From the NCBI GenBank assembly GCA_021613535.1, contig CP075492.1:15376001-15440000 (forward strand): a DNA stretch of 64,000 nucleotides, given 5' to 3'. The position numbers and the translations under genes were made by a program. Below are positions 28,617 through 42,011 of this stretch, in pieces. Position 1 is the first letter of the stretch. Every line of letters begins with the position of its first letter. Below the pieces are notes generated by a model. It was not told where the DNA came from. It ran no database searches and worked only from the letters and a program-made list of their open reading frames with translations. The DNA comes from Adineta vaga (lineage: Eukaryota; Animalia; Rotifera).

Positions 28617-30765
28617 ATTCTTCTATAGAATATAATAAATAAAATACTTGATATTTATATCGACACTGTGTGACGTAAATTAGGTATGAAAATTTTTCTT
28701 TTCATGCTCAAATTCATTTGTTCCGTTATAGACGAGAAAACAAAATCTGACTATATTGACGTCAAAGTGGATATTTTTTAAACAGATGTGTTGGTTTTAT
28801 TTCATCCATGTAGTTTTTCTGCTGCATTGTTCATTGATGAGAACTTGTGGAAATATAATGCACATCTGTTATGCCATTGCAATGTAATGAAATAATCGGT
28901 TGACGCAAATAGTTCATAATTATTCTAAACTGTATTTTGCCATAATGAAGATGTGCTTCTACAAATGTCTCAATTATCTTCTTTTCGAATGTTATACTGT
29001 AATGGATGGAACTGTGACTTCATATGTGCATTACCAATGCCACAGTTACAAATATTAATGGTACCAGTACCACAAAGACTTCGAAAATTGATTTTTATTT
29101 CGTCAATCATTCATTTAACTATTTTTTAATGTAGCTTAAATGTATTATTTGATCTGTATTAAGCAACGCATCATAACTATACAATTTCAGAATCGAACAT
29201 GTTGATAATAGAGATTCAAACTCGAGAATGGAATCTATCACGCAATTGTACCAACATTCATAGGGTTCAGCTTAAAACATTGATTATTGATGACAAATTT
29301 CTTACAACATTTTAAAATTTCCAAATTTTTAATTTGAATCTACAACACAATTATTATCCTCAGGAATCTTATTATCTTATTTACTATGTCAAATCTATTA
29401 AAAACTGCATACTGCTATAGTGATCTATTTACAAATTCAGATGAATTAGAACAATTCTGTAAAACCTTTTTTTAATTTAGAACAAGTTCGATGTTCTACA
29501 CCTAAATCAGATACTTTATTTTTAATCAAACATTTGCTCGGCTTCAAGTCTAGACCAAGATAATGATGAGTGTGTTCGGGATTGAATTCTACTATCATTC
29601 GAATAGGCAATGTACACTCTAGCTTAGATTCAGCTAATTGTGCTAAAATCAGATCATTGCACTCTCGATCGAAGCATGATCGGGTAGATCACGACCATTC
29701 CGTTGGAATTTGATACCATCGTGAGGTTTGTATATTTTACGGGTGCTGCAGAATATATTATGAGCACATACTCTCTATCTCTTGGTTAAACGAGTACATA
29801 AGTGTATGTTTTGTATTAGAACGAAGCAGTTCTATTGAGAGGAAGAAACAAACCAAAGCGTAATTCTATCAGTGCAAAAATCTCTTTCAACAAAAATCAT
29901 CACAAATTTTTTTTTGTTATAAATCCATTAATTAATTTGTTTATAGAGATTAATCTTTCAATAAAATTAATATAAAAAAGATTTGAAGAAACTGACATTT
30001 TCTTCTCGTAAATAAATATTTCAATTTGACACACAAGTATATGCCAATTTTGACTCTTTAGTTAAGATTAGAAATACTTCACCTACTTTTTCTGATACAT
30101 CCCAAACATGTATTATAATGTTATATAAAATAGATTCGAAATTACATATAAATTATTTCAAATGGATTGCTTTTTATTTTAATTATTAACAGAAATATTA
30201 TAATGTTCGAAATTTTGACGTTCTCATATCGTATAGATAATCTATGATATATAAATAGTTAGATTAAATCTCATTTGACATTTCTTTGATTAAATTTTCA
30301 AGTACTTGAATCAGTAATTTCCGATATTTCTTTGTTCGTCAAAATTAACCCATAATATTTAAGATACTAAGGACTATTTCGAGTGATGCACCTCAGATTT
30401 TTTTTTCTTTCTTTCTTTGTTTACCTCATCCATATGGATATTTCGTTACTTTTCAGTAGTAACTAGTTTTTGATTGATGAACACACGACTTTCGTCTACT
30501 GCGTAAGAGATAATCTTTTATTTTAATCGAATAAAAAAAGAAGAGAAATAAAACAACTAAAAATGATTAAATAATGTCTGTTTTTATTACTTTTCTATCT
30601 CCCAGAATATCCCATAGATATTAATGAAATTAGAACTTCCAGAAAACATATCTATTAATTGAAGATTAAGAAAAAAACATAGTACATTAATAGTTTTCAA
30701 ATCTTCATGTAGACCCACTGACTCAGATAAATTTCTTTTGACTTTATTTTAGATTTAATAATAAT

Positions 30766-31819
30766 ATGTCGTTAACAAATCAAACATCATTAAGTAGTAT
30801 ATTATTACCAATTCAACAAAACACTCTTTTGGGAATTTCATGGTTTTATGTTACTTTTGGTATTGGTGGATGTTTTCTTAATATTCTTCTATTCTCTAAA
30901 AAACAATTTCGACAAATATCCTGTTGTATATGTAAATCATTTTTAATAGAAAAAATCATCTTTAAAAAATTTTCTTTTTGAAGATTTTCTAGTTGCATCA
31001 ATTGCCATGTTTATTCAATTAGTAATTTATTCAATTCCATCAATTTATGCATATTATTATTTTAATCCAATGTCATATTATATGATTTATTGTAAAATTC
31101 GTATGTATATTGTTCTAACATCAGCATTAATTTATCATTGGTCATATGTAGCTGCTTCTTTTGATCGTTATGCACTTTCGTCAACAAATGTAGGTTTAAG
31201 ACAATTAGCCAAAGTTAAAATTGCTATTCGAGTTTTAATTGGAATTTGTCTTGTTTCAATGATCTTTTCAGCTTATGTTCCAGTTGTATATGAAATCAAA
31301 TCTTCAACATGTAGTATATTTAATAATTTAAGTGCAACATTATTTACTACATTGTCAAATATTTTCCTAAATGCATTTATTCCAATTACAATAATGATTA
31401 TTTTTACTTTATTAATTCGAAAAAATCTGAAAGAAAAACGGCAACGTCGTCAAAATCTCTTTAATCGAGACGACAATAATCTTATTCAACATAAGAATGA
31501 TCGTCAAGCACTTCGTATGTTATTTATTCAAGTAATTGTCTTTATTCTTATAAGAATATCTTGGATGATTTATAGTATTAATAATGTTATTTCATCTTAT
31601 ATTACAAATAAAAGTTCTGATCGAATTGCAATTGAAAATTTTATAACAGCTATAGCTGGTGCATTATCGTTTTTATTTCCTTCATTATCATTTTATATAT
31701 ATACATTAACATCAAATATATTTCGAGAAGAATTAATTAGTTTTATGAAAGTTTTATTTTGTTGTAAATGTTTTATTAACAATCATCGAATTGCACCAGC
31801 GAACAGAAATAGAACATAA
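30766..31819 (+). CDS. Divergent rhodopsin-like GPCR, 2 exons
   Basis: Intron 30932-30983 joins the two ORFs in frame. Motifs CKIRMY, ASFDRY and FYIYTLTSNIFREE. Confidence 0.88.
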
Positions 31820-32816
31820 AGAACACTTTTTAAATAATGAAATTATCGAAAGGAATTCAATGTTGTCTCGTCAAATTTTTATTGTCTTATTTGACTAATC
31901 AAGTCTTAATAAATTTCATATGATGTAGCTCAATTACATTATTCCCTATTGATGGACATGTAGAAATTTTAGTATATACAGATTAATTTCTTTTGCTTTG
32001 TATTCATTTTGGGTCTGTACGAGAAGCTGAGTACGTTCTAATTATTTCCACTGAACTAAATCATGCCATGCTGAACATGGTATGATTATATTTGAAAGAA
32101 TATTCACATCCTCAAATGAAAGATATTAGAGCATTTGTTCAATAAGTATATATTCCATTGGCACAGAATTGGTCAAAAAATTATATTTCATTAGAAATTG
32201 TTTGTCAAACAACACGAACTCAAGTTTACACTTAACAAACAGATCTATAGATTAGAATTGCAATGATTTGTAGATTCATTTGTTCTCGTTGTTATGTGTT
32301 ACAAAACATAATCGAGAAAATAATTAATTTGTGTGTTAAAGTATAAAGTAAAGTAAAAGCAGAGCTTCTGTTCTCAGTTAAAGGGTAAAATCATGTTGTG
32401 TACAGTTGTTTGCATCGTGATGAAAAACAAAATCTTAACAACAAAAAGAATGTTGAAGAATTCATATTGTACAAGCTTTTTCATCAACAGAGTAACTAGT
32501 GAAAGACAAACTCTTTTTTCTCTTATGTCAAAATGCGTATTGTATTTCTTTTAAATGTGTTCTACTAATTCAGGTGATTTGCACATGGCGTTTGAAAACA
32601 TGACGTTTACATTAGACCTCTGCGAAACAAGCATTGGGCGTTTATGGACTGTTCTCTTCCTTTCGAAATGCGAGCAACATTCTTCAATCCCTTGTCATAA
32701 CAAAACAATCGACACAAAAGCATCCAATCTTTTCTTTACAAGACAAATTGCTATTTACATTCAAACTCAACTATATAGAGTAAAAATTCATTTATATTAA
32801 GTTTAGATAAGAATAC

Positions 32817-33764
32817 ATGACTAAATCGAATCCAACTGCTTCTAAAATTATCACTCAAAACCCTTCTAAAAAATCCAATGTTGTCTATCAAAATCGCATC
32901 AATAATGCTCAACCTCTTTCATCAAGCACAAAATCAAAGTTTGCCTTTTCAAGAATTTTTTTATTAATATGATTTAAAGAAATGATTATAGATGTACAGT
33001 TTCACGATTCATTTGTATACAATTGCTAGTGCTATTAGCTCTGGTGATTTTGGCAGCTATTATCACTACCATTGTTGTAGTCGTATTAGGTAAGCTTAGA
33101 AGACAAGCCACTTAACTCACGCGTGTTGTGATTAAAGATAGAAGTTAGATTTAACTACTTCAACAAACTGAATTATTGAATTTTATAGAACGGATCAGTA
33201 TAGATCATTCTTTGAAGTTGAAACCAATTATTTCCTTCATTTCATGTAACTGTAATTAAACGATATTAATAGTTCTTTTTTTTCTTTTTAGATTCTAATT
33301 CATCTACACGTGAGTATTTCTATCTGTTTATTTCTATAAAATTTTATTCAATTCTATACAGCATGTGCAAGAACATATTCTGACACATTTACAAATCTTG
33401 TGACGCCAACAACTCAATGTACAGCATGGAGAGTATTCACAACTGGTTTAACTTGTGCCAGCTATTCAAAGATTCGAATCTATGGTTCAAATGATCAAAC
33501 TGGCCTAACTAACAATGATCCATCTGTTGCGACGGCTCTGGCAGTAGCCTTACGCTACAATACTACGCTTACTGTCCTTCTAATGGAGTAACATGGAGAA
33601 TTGGAGGATGTGGAAGTGGCTTTGAAATAAGTGCAACTGGAAGTCTATGTTCGTGCCCAACGGGTTACACAATACGACCATGCATTGGTAGCACTAGTTG
33701 GGGCGGAATTAATAGTGCAACATGTGGTGCACCAACCCAAGTAATGTCTCTTTATTTCGAATAA
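32817..33764 (+). CDS. Type II membrane protein with a C-terminal Cys/Gly-rich bacterial-like domain; 1-nt frameshift at ~33577
   Basis: Exons 32817-32938, 32992-33089 (TM helix), 33292-33309 (18-nt micro-exon) and 33362-33764, with consistent phases. Domain reads TPTTQCTAW...WRIGGCGSG...YTIRPCIG..WGGINSATC. Confidence 0.65.
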
Positions 33765-34376
33765 ATGAATTGAAAATAAGGAACTAATTCTATAAATGCT
33801 AGCATGGTTTATCTATTGCATTTTTCGGTGATTCTTTTTTTTGATGATTTCATTTTGTTTTATATATCAAAGAGAAGAAAACACATGGCCTTACGATTAA
33901 ATCAGAATGAAGTTTAATTTCGATGAAATAAAATGTAGTTATGTATTTCAATTTTCTGTTCCTCGCCTTCGCATTTGGCGTCAATTTTTTTCTTTAATTT
34001 ATCATTCATAGTAATCTAATCTGTCACAGACAGATTCTATTAGTAAAAGATCTGTTTGAATTATTTTAGTGATAAAAGACGTCATCGAATACATCCTTTT
34101 GCACGTTCTGTAACTTCTGAACTATAGAAGGATATCCTAGGCAACATTACGACTTTCAAGTGCAGGTTTCATAATTATTCTGTATACATTTATTTACAGA
34201 AGTAATAGGAATCATCTCCTTATATGAAACATAGTATAAGTACATATTTTACGAAGTCTGGATATGGCAATCTATTCCAGTGTTGGATGTATTATTTTGA
34301 AAGTAAACTTTTCCTATATAAATGCAAATGATACTCCTCTAGAGCTTCTTATATTAGTTGAAGACGACGACAAATC

Positions 34377-35425
34377 ATGTCTCTACTATATATTAGTCAA
34401 CAAGTAACAATATATGCTGGTCTATCTCTCGCTATCATCGGTCTTATTGGTAATTCAATGAATATTCTCATCTTTTCAACACTTCTCTCATACCGAACAA
34501 CTTCGTGCACCTTTTATTTCCTCATTAGTTCACTCTTTAACATTGCTTATATCATCATTAATCTCATTTCACGGATTATCAGTGCAGGATATGGCATTGA
34601 TCCCACACGAACATCAGTTGCATGGTGTAAAATACGACAGTTTTGTTTGTTTACTCTCAGTTTGATTACCATAACTTGTTCATGTTTAGCAACAATTGAT
34701 CAATACTTTGCTTCTTCACAAAATGCAAACATTCGTCGATGGAGTAATATCAAATTAACACATCGACTTGTCTGTATTGTCATGATTGTGTGGTGTATTC
34801 ATGGAATTCCACCTCTGCTATACTCGGATATATCGCCTATCACAAAATCTTGTGTGAATATGAATGCAGCCTATGGAGTTTATATTCCAATCTATCTCTT
34901 AGGTCTGATCTGTATCGTTCCGATATTAGTAATGGTTATATTTGGTTATCTAACATATCGAAATATTCATATGACACGTGGTCTTGTAAGACAATATGCT
35001 GATCGCCAACTTGTTCGAATGACATTATTTCAAGTGATACTTGTTGTCTTTAGTTTCTTTCCTTATGGAACTTATAGTGCATACAGTTTAATTACAGCTG
35101 GAATGACAAAAGATGGAAATCGGCTTTTGCAAGAAGCATTTGCAATAACAGTTCTTAGTCTCGTACCTTATTTTTATTATTGTGTAAGTAAATGTGAAGG
35201 AAGAAAGAAGTTGAGGAATGATTGTTTGTTGTTTATTTTCAGGGAAGTTGCTATGTATTTTTGATGTCCTCGAGTCGCTATCGTCGTGCAATGAAAACTC
35301 GACTTCTATTTTGGTGGAAACACAATCAAAGAGATCTTAGCATACGGTTCACTTTCAATGGACAAAGTAGAGGAAAAGTAGCTCCCACAATATTCCCCAC
35401 TAGAACACGTACTTATCAAAAATAG
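34377..35425 (+). CDS. Divergent rhodopsin-like GPCR (tandem copy 1)
   Basis: Exon 1 34377-35183, intron, exon 2 35243-35425. Motifs WCKIRQF and LATIDQY. Confidence 0.88.
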
Positions 35426-36001
35426 ATTTTATATTTCATTTCTATTCTAATAGACGATTTGAAATAAATTATGTATGAATGTATTCAACCTTATCTTCAA
35501 CTCTGTTTTCATTTCCAAGAACAACAGAATGTTTTTGACTGGTTAATTATTCAAAGAATACAGAAATTTCAAACTCATATTTTATAATCTCAATGCCTAT
35601 GAAACTAAGAAGCTAATAAGATATAGAAACAAACATAAAGTTATCCGTCATCTATTCATACGTTGTTTATTCGATGCTGTATTGTTCAGGGAGTACTGCA
35701 CTGTTTAAAAATAATTCAAAATTATTTTTACATTCTTTCATAGATTCAATATTTGAACTTTATACCGGTTTAGTTTTGTTCAAATTATCAAGAATCTATA
35801 ACTTCAGTAAAATATTTGCAACGATAAAATGGATTTCATTGTTATTGATCATTTAGAAAAATCTATTTTTAATTACCCATAGACAATCAAATCCTAATGA
35901 GAGAACTACAAAAACGACACTTTTCTCTAAAGTCACGTTTTTCTGCCAATCTATCCCTATTTAAATACTCAACATAAATTCATTTCCCAAAAAATATTAT
36001 C

Positions 36002-37028
36002 ATGTCTCTACTATATATTAGTCAACAGGTAACAATATATGCTGGTCTATCTCTCGCTATCATCGGTCTTATTGGTAATTCCATGAATATTCTCATCTTT
36101 TCAACGCTTCTTTCATACCGAACAACTTCGTGCACTTTTTATTTTCTCATTAGTTCACTTTTTAACATTGCTTATGTCATCATTAATCTCATTTCACGGA
36201 TTATTAGTGCAGGATATGGCATTGATCCCACACGAACATCACTTGCATGGTGTAAAATACGACAGTTTTGTTTGTTTACTCTCAGTTTGATCACTATAAC
36301 ATGTTCATGTTTAGCAACAATTGATCAATATTTTGCTTCTTCACAAAATGCAAATATTCGTCGATGGAGTAATATCAAATTAACACATCGACTTGTCTGT
36401 ATTGTCATGATTGTGTGGTGTATTCACGGAATTCCACCTCTGCTATACTCGGATATATCGCCTATCACAAAATCTTGTGTGAATATGAATGCAGCGTATG
36501 GAGTTTATATTCCAATCTATCTCTTAGGTTTGATCTGTGTTGTTCCAATATTAGTAATGGTGATATTTGGTTATCTAACATATCGAAATATTCATATGAC
36601 ACGAGGTCTTGTAAGACAATATGCTGATCGACAACTTGTTCGAATGACATTATTTCAAGTGATACTTGTTGTCTTTAGTTTCTTTCCTTATGGAACTTAT
36701 AGTGCATACAGTTTAGTTACAGCTGGAATGACAAAAGATGGAAATCGACTGTTGCAAGAAGCATTTGCAATAACAGTTCTCAGTCTTGTACCTTATTTTT
36801 ATTATTGTGTAAGTAAATGTGAAGGAAGAGAGAAGTTGAGGAATGATTGTTTGTTGTTTTTCTTTCATTTGTTTTCAGGGAAGTTGCTACGTGTTTTTGA
36901 TGTCCTCGAGTCGTTATCGTCGTGCAATGAAAACTCGACTTTTATTTTGGCGAAGAACTATTCAGGTGGTGCCGATTCCAATGGCGACATTTGGAGGAAC
37001 AGCATTGTCAAACAGAACACGACAATAA
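36002..37028 (+). CDS. Divergent rhodopsin-like GPCR (tandem copy 2)
   Basis: Near-identical to 34377-35183. Exon 1 36002-36808, exon 2 36879-37028. Confidence 0.88.
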
Positions 37029-37860
37029 CAAACCTTCTTCTGCTCTTTTATTTGTAAATTTGTTTTGTCAAGAGATGTTCTACTAGGGGTAAAAATTATT
37101 GATCGAATAAAAGAAAATCATGTGTATATTTTATTTTACTTGAATCACACGGGAACGACTATATGAGTAGGATGTCAAAAGATGTACCGACAATTTTTGT
37201 GGGATTTAGATTATATTTATTCTTTTTGAAAAATGCTCGAAAGTTATTTGTAAATGTTAATTAGAATATATAGAAAATTCATTTTAGCACGACTTGTCCC
37301 TTTTTTCTTCATGTTTAATCAACGTCATATTTATTTCTAAATTATATATATCCTGAGTTAATTATATGAATATTACATGATCTTTTATATGATCAGAAGC
37401 TTTTAAGTTCATGGATTTTTTCTTCAACTTCATTATGTTTCACGTATAAAGTGACTACCAGCTCCAAATATCTGAAATACTTCAAAGAGTTTCCGCATTA
37501 GATTTAATATTGAAGTTTCAAGAGAACGGTGCTTAAAGACAGACGCTGAAACAAAAACGATTATACGATTTTTTTCAAGCAAAGAGTAGAAGACCTGTGT
37601 CTTCTGATGTATCGATGACTTTTCTAAAAATTTATCCCGTAAATGAAATATTTTCAATCTTTACTATCATTCTGTTATCAAGACTGTTGTTTTATGACAA
37701 CAAATTTGTTTGCTGTCATAGTTTCTGTAATATAATGTATTCAAACACATTGACACATAAAAACTAGATAAGGTATGCGTCATGTTGATCATATAACTCG
37801 TATAAAAACGAACAACATTATGTTCTCTTTCATTTCATCGTGTTTTCAAGCAAAGCAAAA

Positions 37861-38622
37861 ATGACTTTAATGGCAAATACAAAACAAGAAAAGATTCTTA
37901 ATTATGGCAGCTTTCAGCATTCGGCGGTAGTTGAACAAGTACGTGCTAAAAATACAATGAAATGTTTGATTGTTTTACAAATTTGTACAACACTTCTTAC
38001 TTTGTCTATGATTGGGATATTCTATTTCGTTGCTTATCCAGTATATCACAAAGAAAAACATCATCCATTTACTACCATTACTCCAATTGTATCGACTCAA
38101 AATGGTAGTCTTTCCGTTCTTTATGCACTTGATCCAATCGGTCATTCATTCTGTTTTCGTGATGGACTTTATGGCGAACAAATTATATCTTGGACCGTTT
38201 ATAACCGATGTAGTGATCTCGATTTTAATGGTTATTATAAAGGTAACTTTACGACTGCTATCGAAGGCGGTCGACTTGGAACCATTATTGATCTCGGTAC
38301 ACCTGATGAACTTCAACGCAAATATAAATATTCCGAAACAGTTGGCAAAGGTCAAGGATACGCATCTATTCGTCGAGAAAACAAAACATTATTTATTCTT
38401 AAAAGTTCCGGTTCAGTCCGTACCTTTCAATCAATGGATGAATCACGTGCATTGTTTCACGAACCAAAATCATCAGCAACAATTCCAATTAAATTAGAAC
38501 ATATTTATGCTCTTCGTATTGTTGATCGCTACGACATGACATTCGAACGTGTTGTTAAAATGTTCGTTGTTGCTTATGAACCAAATGTATCAGTTACAAT
38601 TCGTTGGGAAGTTTTAGTTTAA
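37861..38622 (+). CDS. Single-pass (type II) membrane protein with an uncharacterised, bacterial-looking ectodomain
   Basis: Intronless ORF with one TM (LIVLQICTTLLTLSMIGIFYFVAY) followed by a globular domain ending in HIYALRI...VTIRW. Confidence 0.7.
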   Translation: MTLMANTKQEKILNYGSFQHSAVVEQVRAKNTMKCLIVLQICTTLLTLSMIGIFYFVAYPVYHKEKHHPFTTITPIVSTQNGSLSVLYALDPIGHSFCFRDGLYGEQIISWTVYNRCSDLDFNGYYKGNFTTAIEGGRLGTIIDLGTPDELQRKYKYSETVGKGQGYASIRRENKTLFILKSSGSVRTFQSMDESRALFHEPKSSATIPIKLEHIYALRIVDRYDMTFERVVKMFVVAYEPNVSVTIRWEVLV

Positions 38623-38942
38623 ATATAATGAACGATTTTTTTTCTTCGCATCTGTGATATTTAATTATAAGTAATTCGTGATTTGAATCAATAAAATTAT
38701 TTTGCATACGGAATATTTCTTTGTTGACATATACTCAAAGGTCAAATCATCGAATACGAGAATTATGATCATTATACAAGTCGCAGAAACAATTAAAGAG
38801 AGGTACATTTTTTCTCTCAAAAATCAAAATATTGTCAAGTAAGTATAGAATATTCATCCTTGTATTTTATTGATTTCATGAAAATGTAATGTATCATAGT
38901 AAAAAAAAAGAAAAATTATGTTTATGAAGAGAGAAACCACAT

Positions 38943-39930
38943 TCAATTAGCTTTTTCTAATTGTTTCATTGGAACAGCTTCATCATGATTGATTGTTTCT
39001 TTAACATCAACTAAATCTAAAAAGAAAAACAATTCAAGAATATTTTTTTGAAGAAAAAAGAAGATTAAAGTAACAAACGTTGTTGACGAGGTAAAGCAGC
39101 TGTTTTTGTGAACCATGGAATTGAAATTTGTTGTTTGCATCGTGAATGTTCTACATCACATGTATATCCATGAGGACAGCAATGAAGATGATCACTACAG
39201 CAAACAGCATCAGCTGGAAAACAAATGAAAATTTTTATTTGAAATGTTCTTTTGAAAAAACCAAATTCCTTTACCTAATGGACAGCATCCGTAACCACCG
39301 GATTGTAATTCACAACATGTTGAACCTAAGGAGAGGTTTTTCAATAAAGAAAAAAATAATTATTTCAAATAAAATTTTCTCGAACCATCGGGGCAAGACG
39401 ATGAACCTACATTGAAAATAAAAATTCAGTTTTTTTTTCTCGAAAAATAACAACTTGTTTTACCTCCAGGACATGGAACATCATTTGGAAGAACAAATTG
39501 TTTTTTGCATCGTGAATGTTCTACATCACATGTATATCCACTTGGACAGCAATGAAGATGATCACTACAACAAACAGCATCAGCTGAAAAATAAACGAGA
39601 ATTTATATTTCAAAATTTTTCATGAAAGAAAGATTTCTTCACCTATTGGACAACATCCATATTGACCTGATGACAATTGACAACATGTATTTCCATCAGG
39701 ACATGAGCTTCCACCTTAAAGAAATCATTGATTGAGAAAGAATGTTTCTCATAAATAAAAATATCAACCTGGACATGGAACAGAATTATTTCCTGTATGT
39801 TCTTTTCGTAACGAAAATAATGGCTAAACAAAAAGTTGATAAAATAGAATTTCTTTTACATCAAGAAAACTTGAATTACATTGATTGCACCAACACTAGC
39901 AACTAAGAATAAAAACACCAACGACCGCAT
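38943..39930 (-). CDS. Granulin-family protein with two granulin domains, about 8 short exons (absent from the ORF track)
   Basis: Signal peptide [16 protein letters not shown]. Spliced translation gives [54 protein letters not shown], and a second copy with [32 protein letters not shown]. Confidence 0.92.
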
Positions 39931-40741
39931 TGAAAATATTCAGTAGAATAGATATAAAAAATACTAAATAATGAAGCAGTTACAGATAGAATCCATATAT
40001 ATATATATGTATATATATAAACATAGATAAGACTTTTCGTTTTAAAACACCTCAGAGGTGTGTGTTTGATCTGAGCACGGTAGAGTTTATCTTTAAAGAT
40101 AAATACTAATATTGCTCGGTAAGAATGTTGAAGTAACAAACAAATAGGTAAGATTTAGTGTTTTTTCTAACACAACAAAAAAACAGATATCTTCGTTATG
40201 TCCTTCGAAAAACATTTTATTTCGTTTGAATTATTCTTTGAAATAGAGGATATAAGAGTATGGTCAGACATTACGAAATATCGCCATTATTCGTTCTTCT
40301 CGTAGAGGACAGTTTGATGTGATTTTCATGACAGTTAACTTTTATTTATTCTGTTATGGTTACAGATATTGTTTTCTATAAACCGATTGCTTTTATTTCT
40401 TATATTAATTTCAATAGTATATAACATATAATGTATAATGATTCATCTTTCATTCAATGAAAATAATGCTGATGTGATATATTATTGTTGACGTGCTTAT
40501 TGTTTATCAAAATTGAATTATTTCTATATATTAAAGTCATTTTGAAATTCATGATTAAGAATTTCTTATCTATTATCACGAGTATAGTTCTAGTCAATAT
40601 ATTAGTTACACGTCATGAAAACCTTAGTAATGAATCATTTCTTGCAGAGCCATTATAGAGGTAAATATCCAACCAATAGAAAACAATGATGTCAGATCTC
40701 TCGATCAACAAAAACAAAGGCATTGTCATTTTCACAGAAAT

Positions 40742-41464
40742 ATGAGTTTATTAATAAACAATTATGAATATCTCAATGAAGATACAATTGATGAGCAACT
40801 CAAATGTATTATATGTACACAACCATATCAATTTCCAATAAGACTTTGTTGTCAACATACATTTTGTCAATTATGTATTCAAACATGGATTGAAAAGAAT
40901 GTTTCATGTCCAATATGTCGTCAACAATTCGATAAAAATTCTCTATTAACAATACCAACCGATGAGATTCTTAACAATCAACTTGATCAACTCCGTGTTC
41001 GATGTCTTCGTTGTAAAAAAACAAATATTCTACGAAATCGTTTTCATAAACATTATCAACGATGTTCAAAAAGTCGAATAAAAATTGTTTCGGATTTGCT
41101 TAAGACTCGTTGGCAATATATGCAAAAAACTATACGATTAAAATCTCCTAAGTCAACCGTTCGTGTTCGCAACATAGATCTTAATATTGAACAATCAAAT
41201 TTTTCTGCTCGTCAATTGCAGAACACTACTTGGAATGTACCACCACAAAACTTTCCCGAAACAATACCACGTGTTTCATATGATAATTTCGAAGAAATTC
41301 AACGGAAAAGAACATTGATATTTTGCATATGTATATTCATTTTTACTGTTCTAACTGTGAGCATTTTCGAAAAAGTTATTATTTCGTTTTTTCAACGACT
41401 CGTAGTAACCATTGTTCTAATTATTTGTTGTTATGTTTTAATCAAATTAAAACGTGTCAAATAA
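40742..41464 (+). CDS. RING-HC (TRAF-type) E3 ligase-like protein with two C-terminal TM helices
   Basis: RING pattern CIIC...CCQHTFCQLC...CPIC, then VRCLRC...H...C, then two hydrophobic segments at the C-terminus. Confidence 0.82.
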   Translation: MSLLINNYEYLNEDTIDEQLKCIICTQPYQFPIRLCCQHTFCQLCIQTWIEKNVSCPICRQQFDKNSLLTIPTDEILNNQLDQLRVRCLRCKKTNILRNRFHKHYQRCSKSRIKIVSDLLKTRWQYMQKTIRLKSPKSTVRVRNIDLNIEQSNFSARQLQNTTWNVPPQNFPETIPRVSYDNFEEIQRKRTLIFCICIFIFTVLTVSIFEKVIISFFQRLVVTIVLIICCYVLIKLKRVK

Positions 41465-41570
41465 AAATTAAGATGAACTATATAAATATAAAGTAATGAG
41501 ACAAATTCTTTATTTTTATGAAAAAAAAGATTTCAATTGTACTATTACATTGAATATACATCTGATGATA

Positions 41571-42011
41571 TTATTCATCAGTATTGTCATCATGATTGTC
41601 TTCAGTATGTTTATCTATACTGTTTTCTACATGATTGTTGGAATCTTTTTCAATATCGATAATAGTTTGATGACGTCCACATGTTGTTCGACGTGCAATA
41701 TCACAATTCTTGATTCGATCATTCCATTTAAGACCATTATTACATTTTTGATAATAAACTTGACCAGAATCATCACATTGAATAAATCCATCACAATCAT
41801 CTGGATTTTCATAGATACATTCCATTGCATCTTTACATCCTCCTAAAATGTCTTTTTCTGGACAGACAAAGTTACGTTGAGCATCAACTGATCGTAATAA
41901 ACTAAAATAGAAGTAAAAATAATGCGAAACTTTCTTTTATTTAAATCCTTACCATGTGATGATAAGAAAGGTAACTACAGTTGTAAAGCAGATGAATTGA
42001 AATGAATACAT
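41571..42011 (-). CDS. Small secreted chitin-binding peritrophin-A (CBM14) protein, 2 exons
   Basis: Signal exon from ATG 42011, spliced to LLRSVDAQRNFVCPE. Motif NPDDCDGFIQC...QKCNNGLKWNDRIKNCD. Confidence 0.82.

Noticed and set aside
28800-29560. Possible decayed F-box/LRR-like coding relic (similar hints at ~56600-58050)
   Set aside because: Too fragmented to reconstruct a supportable reading frame.
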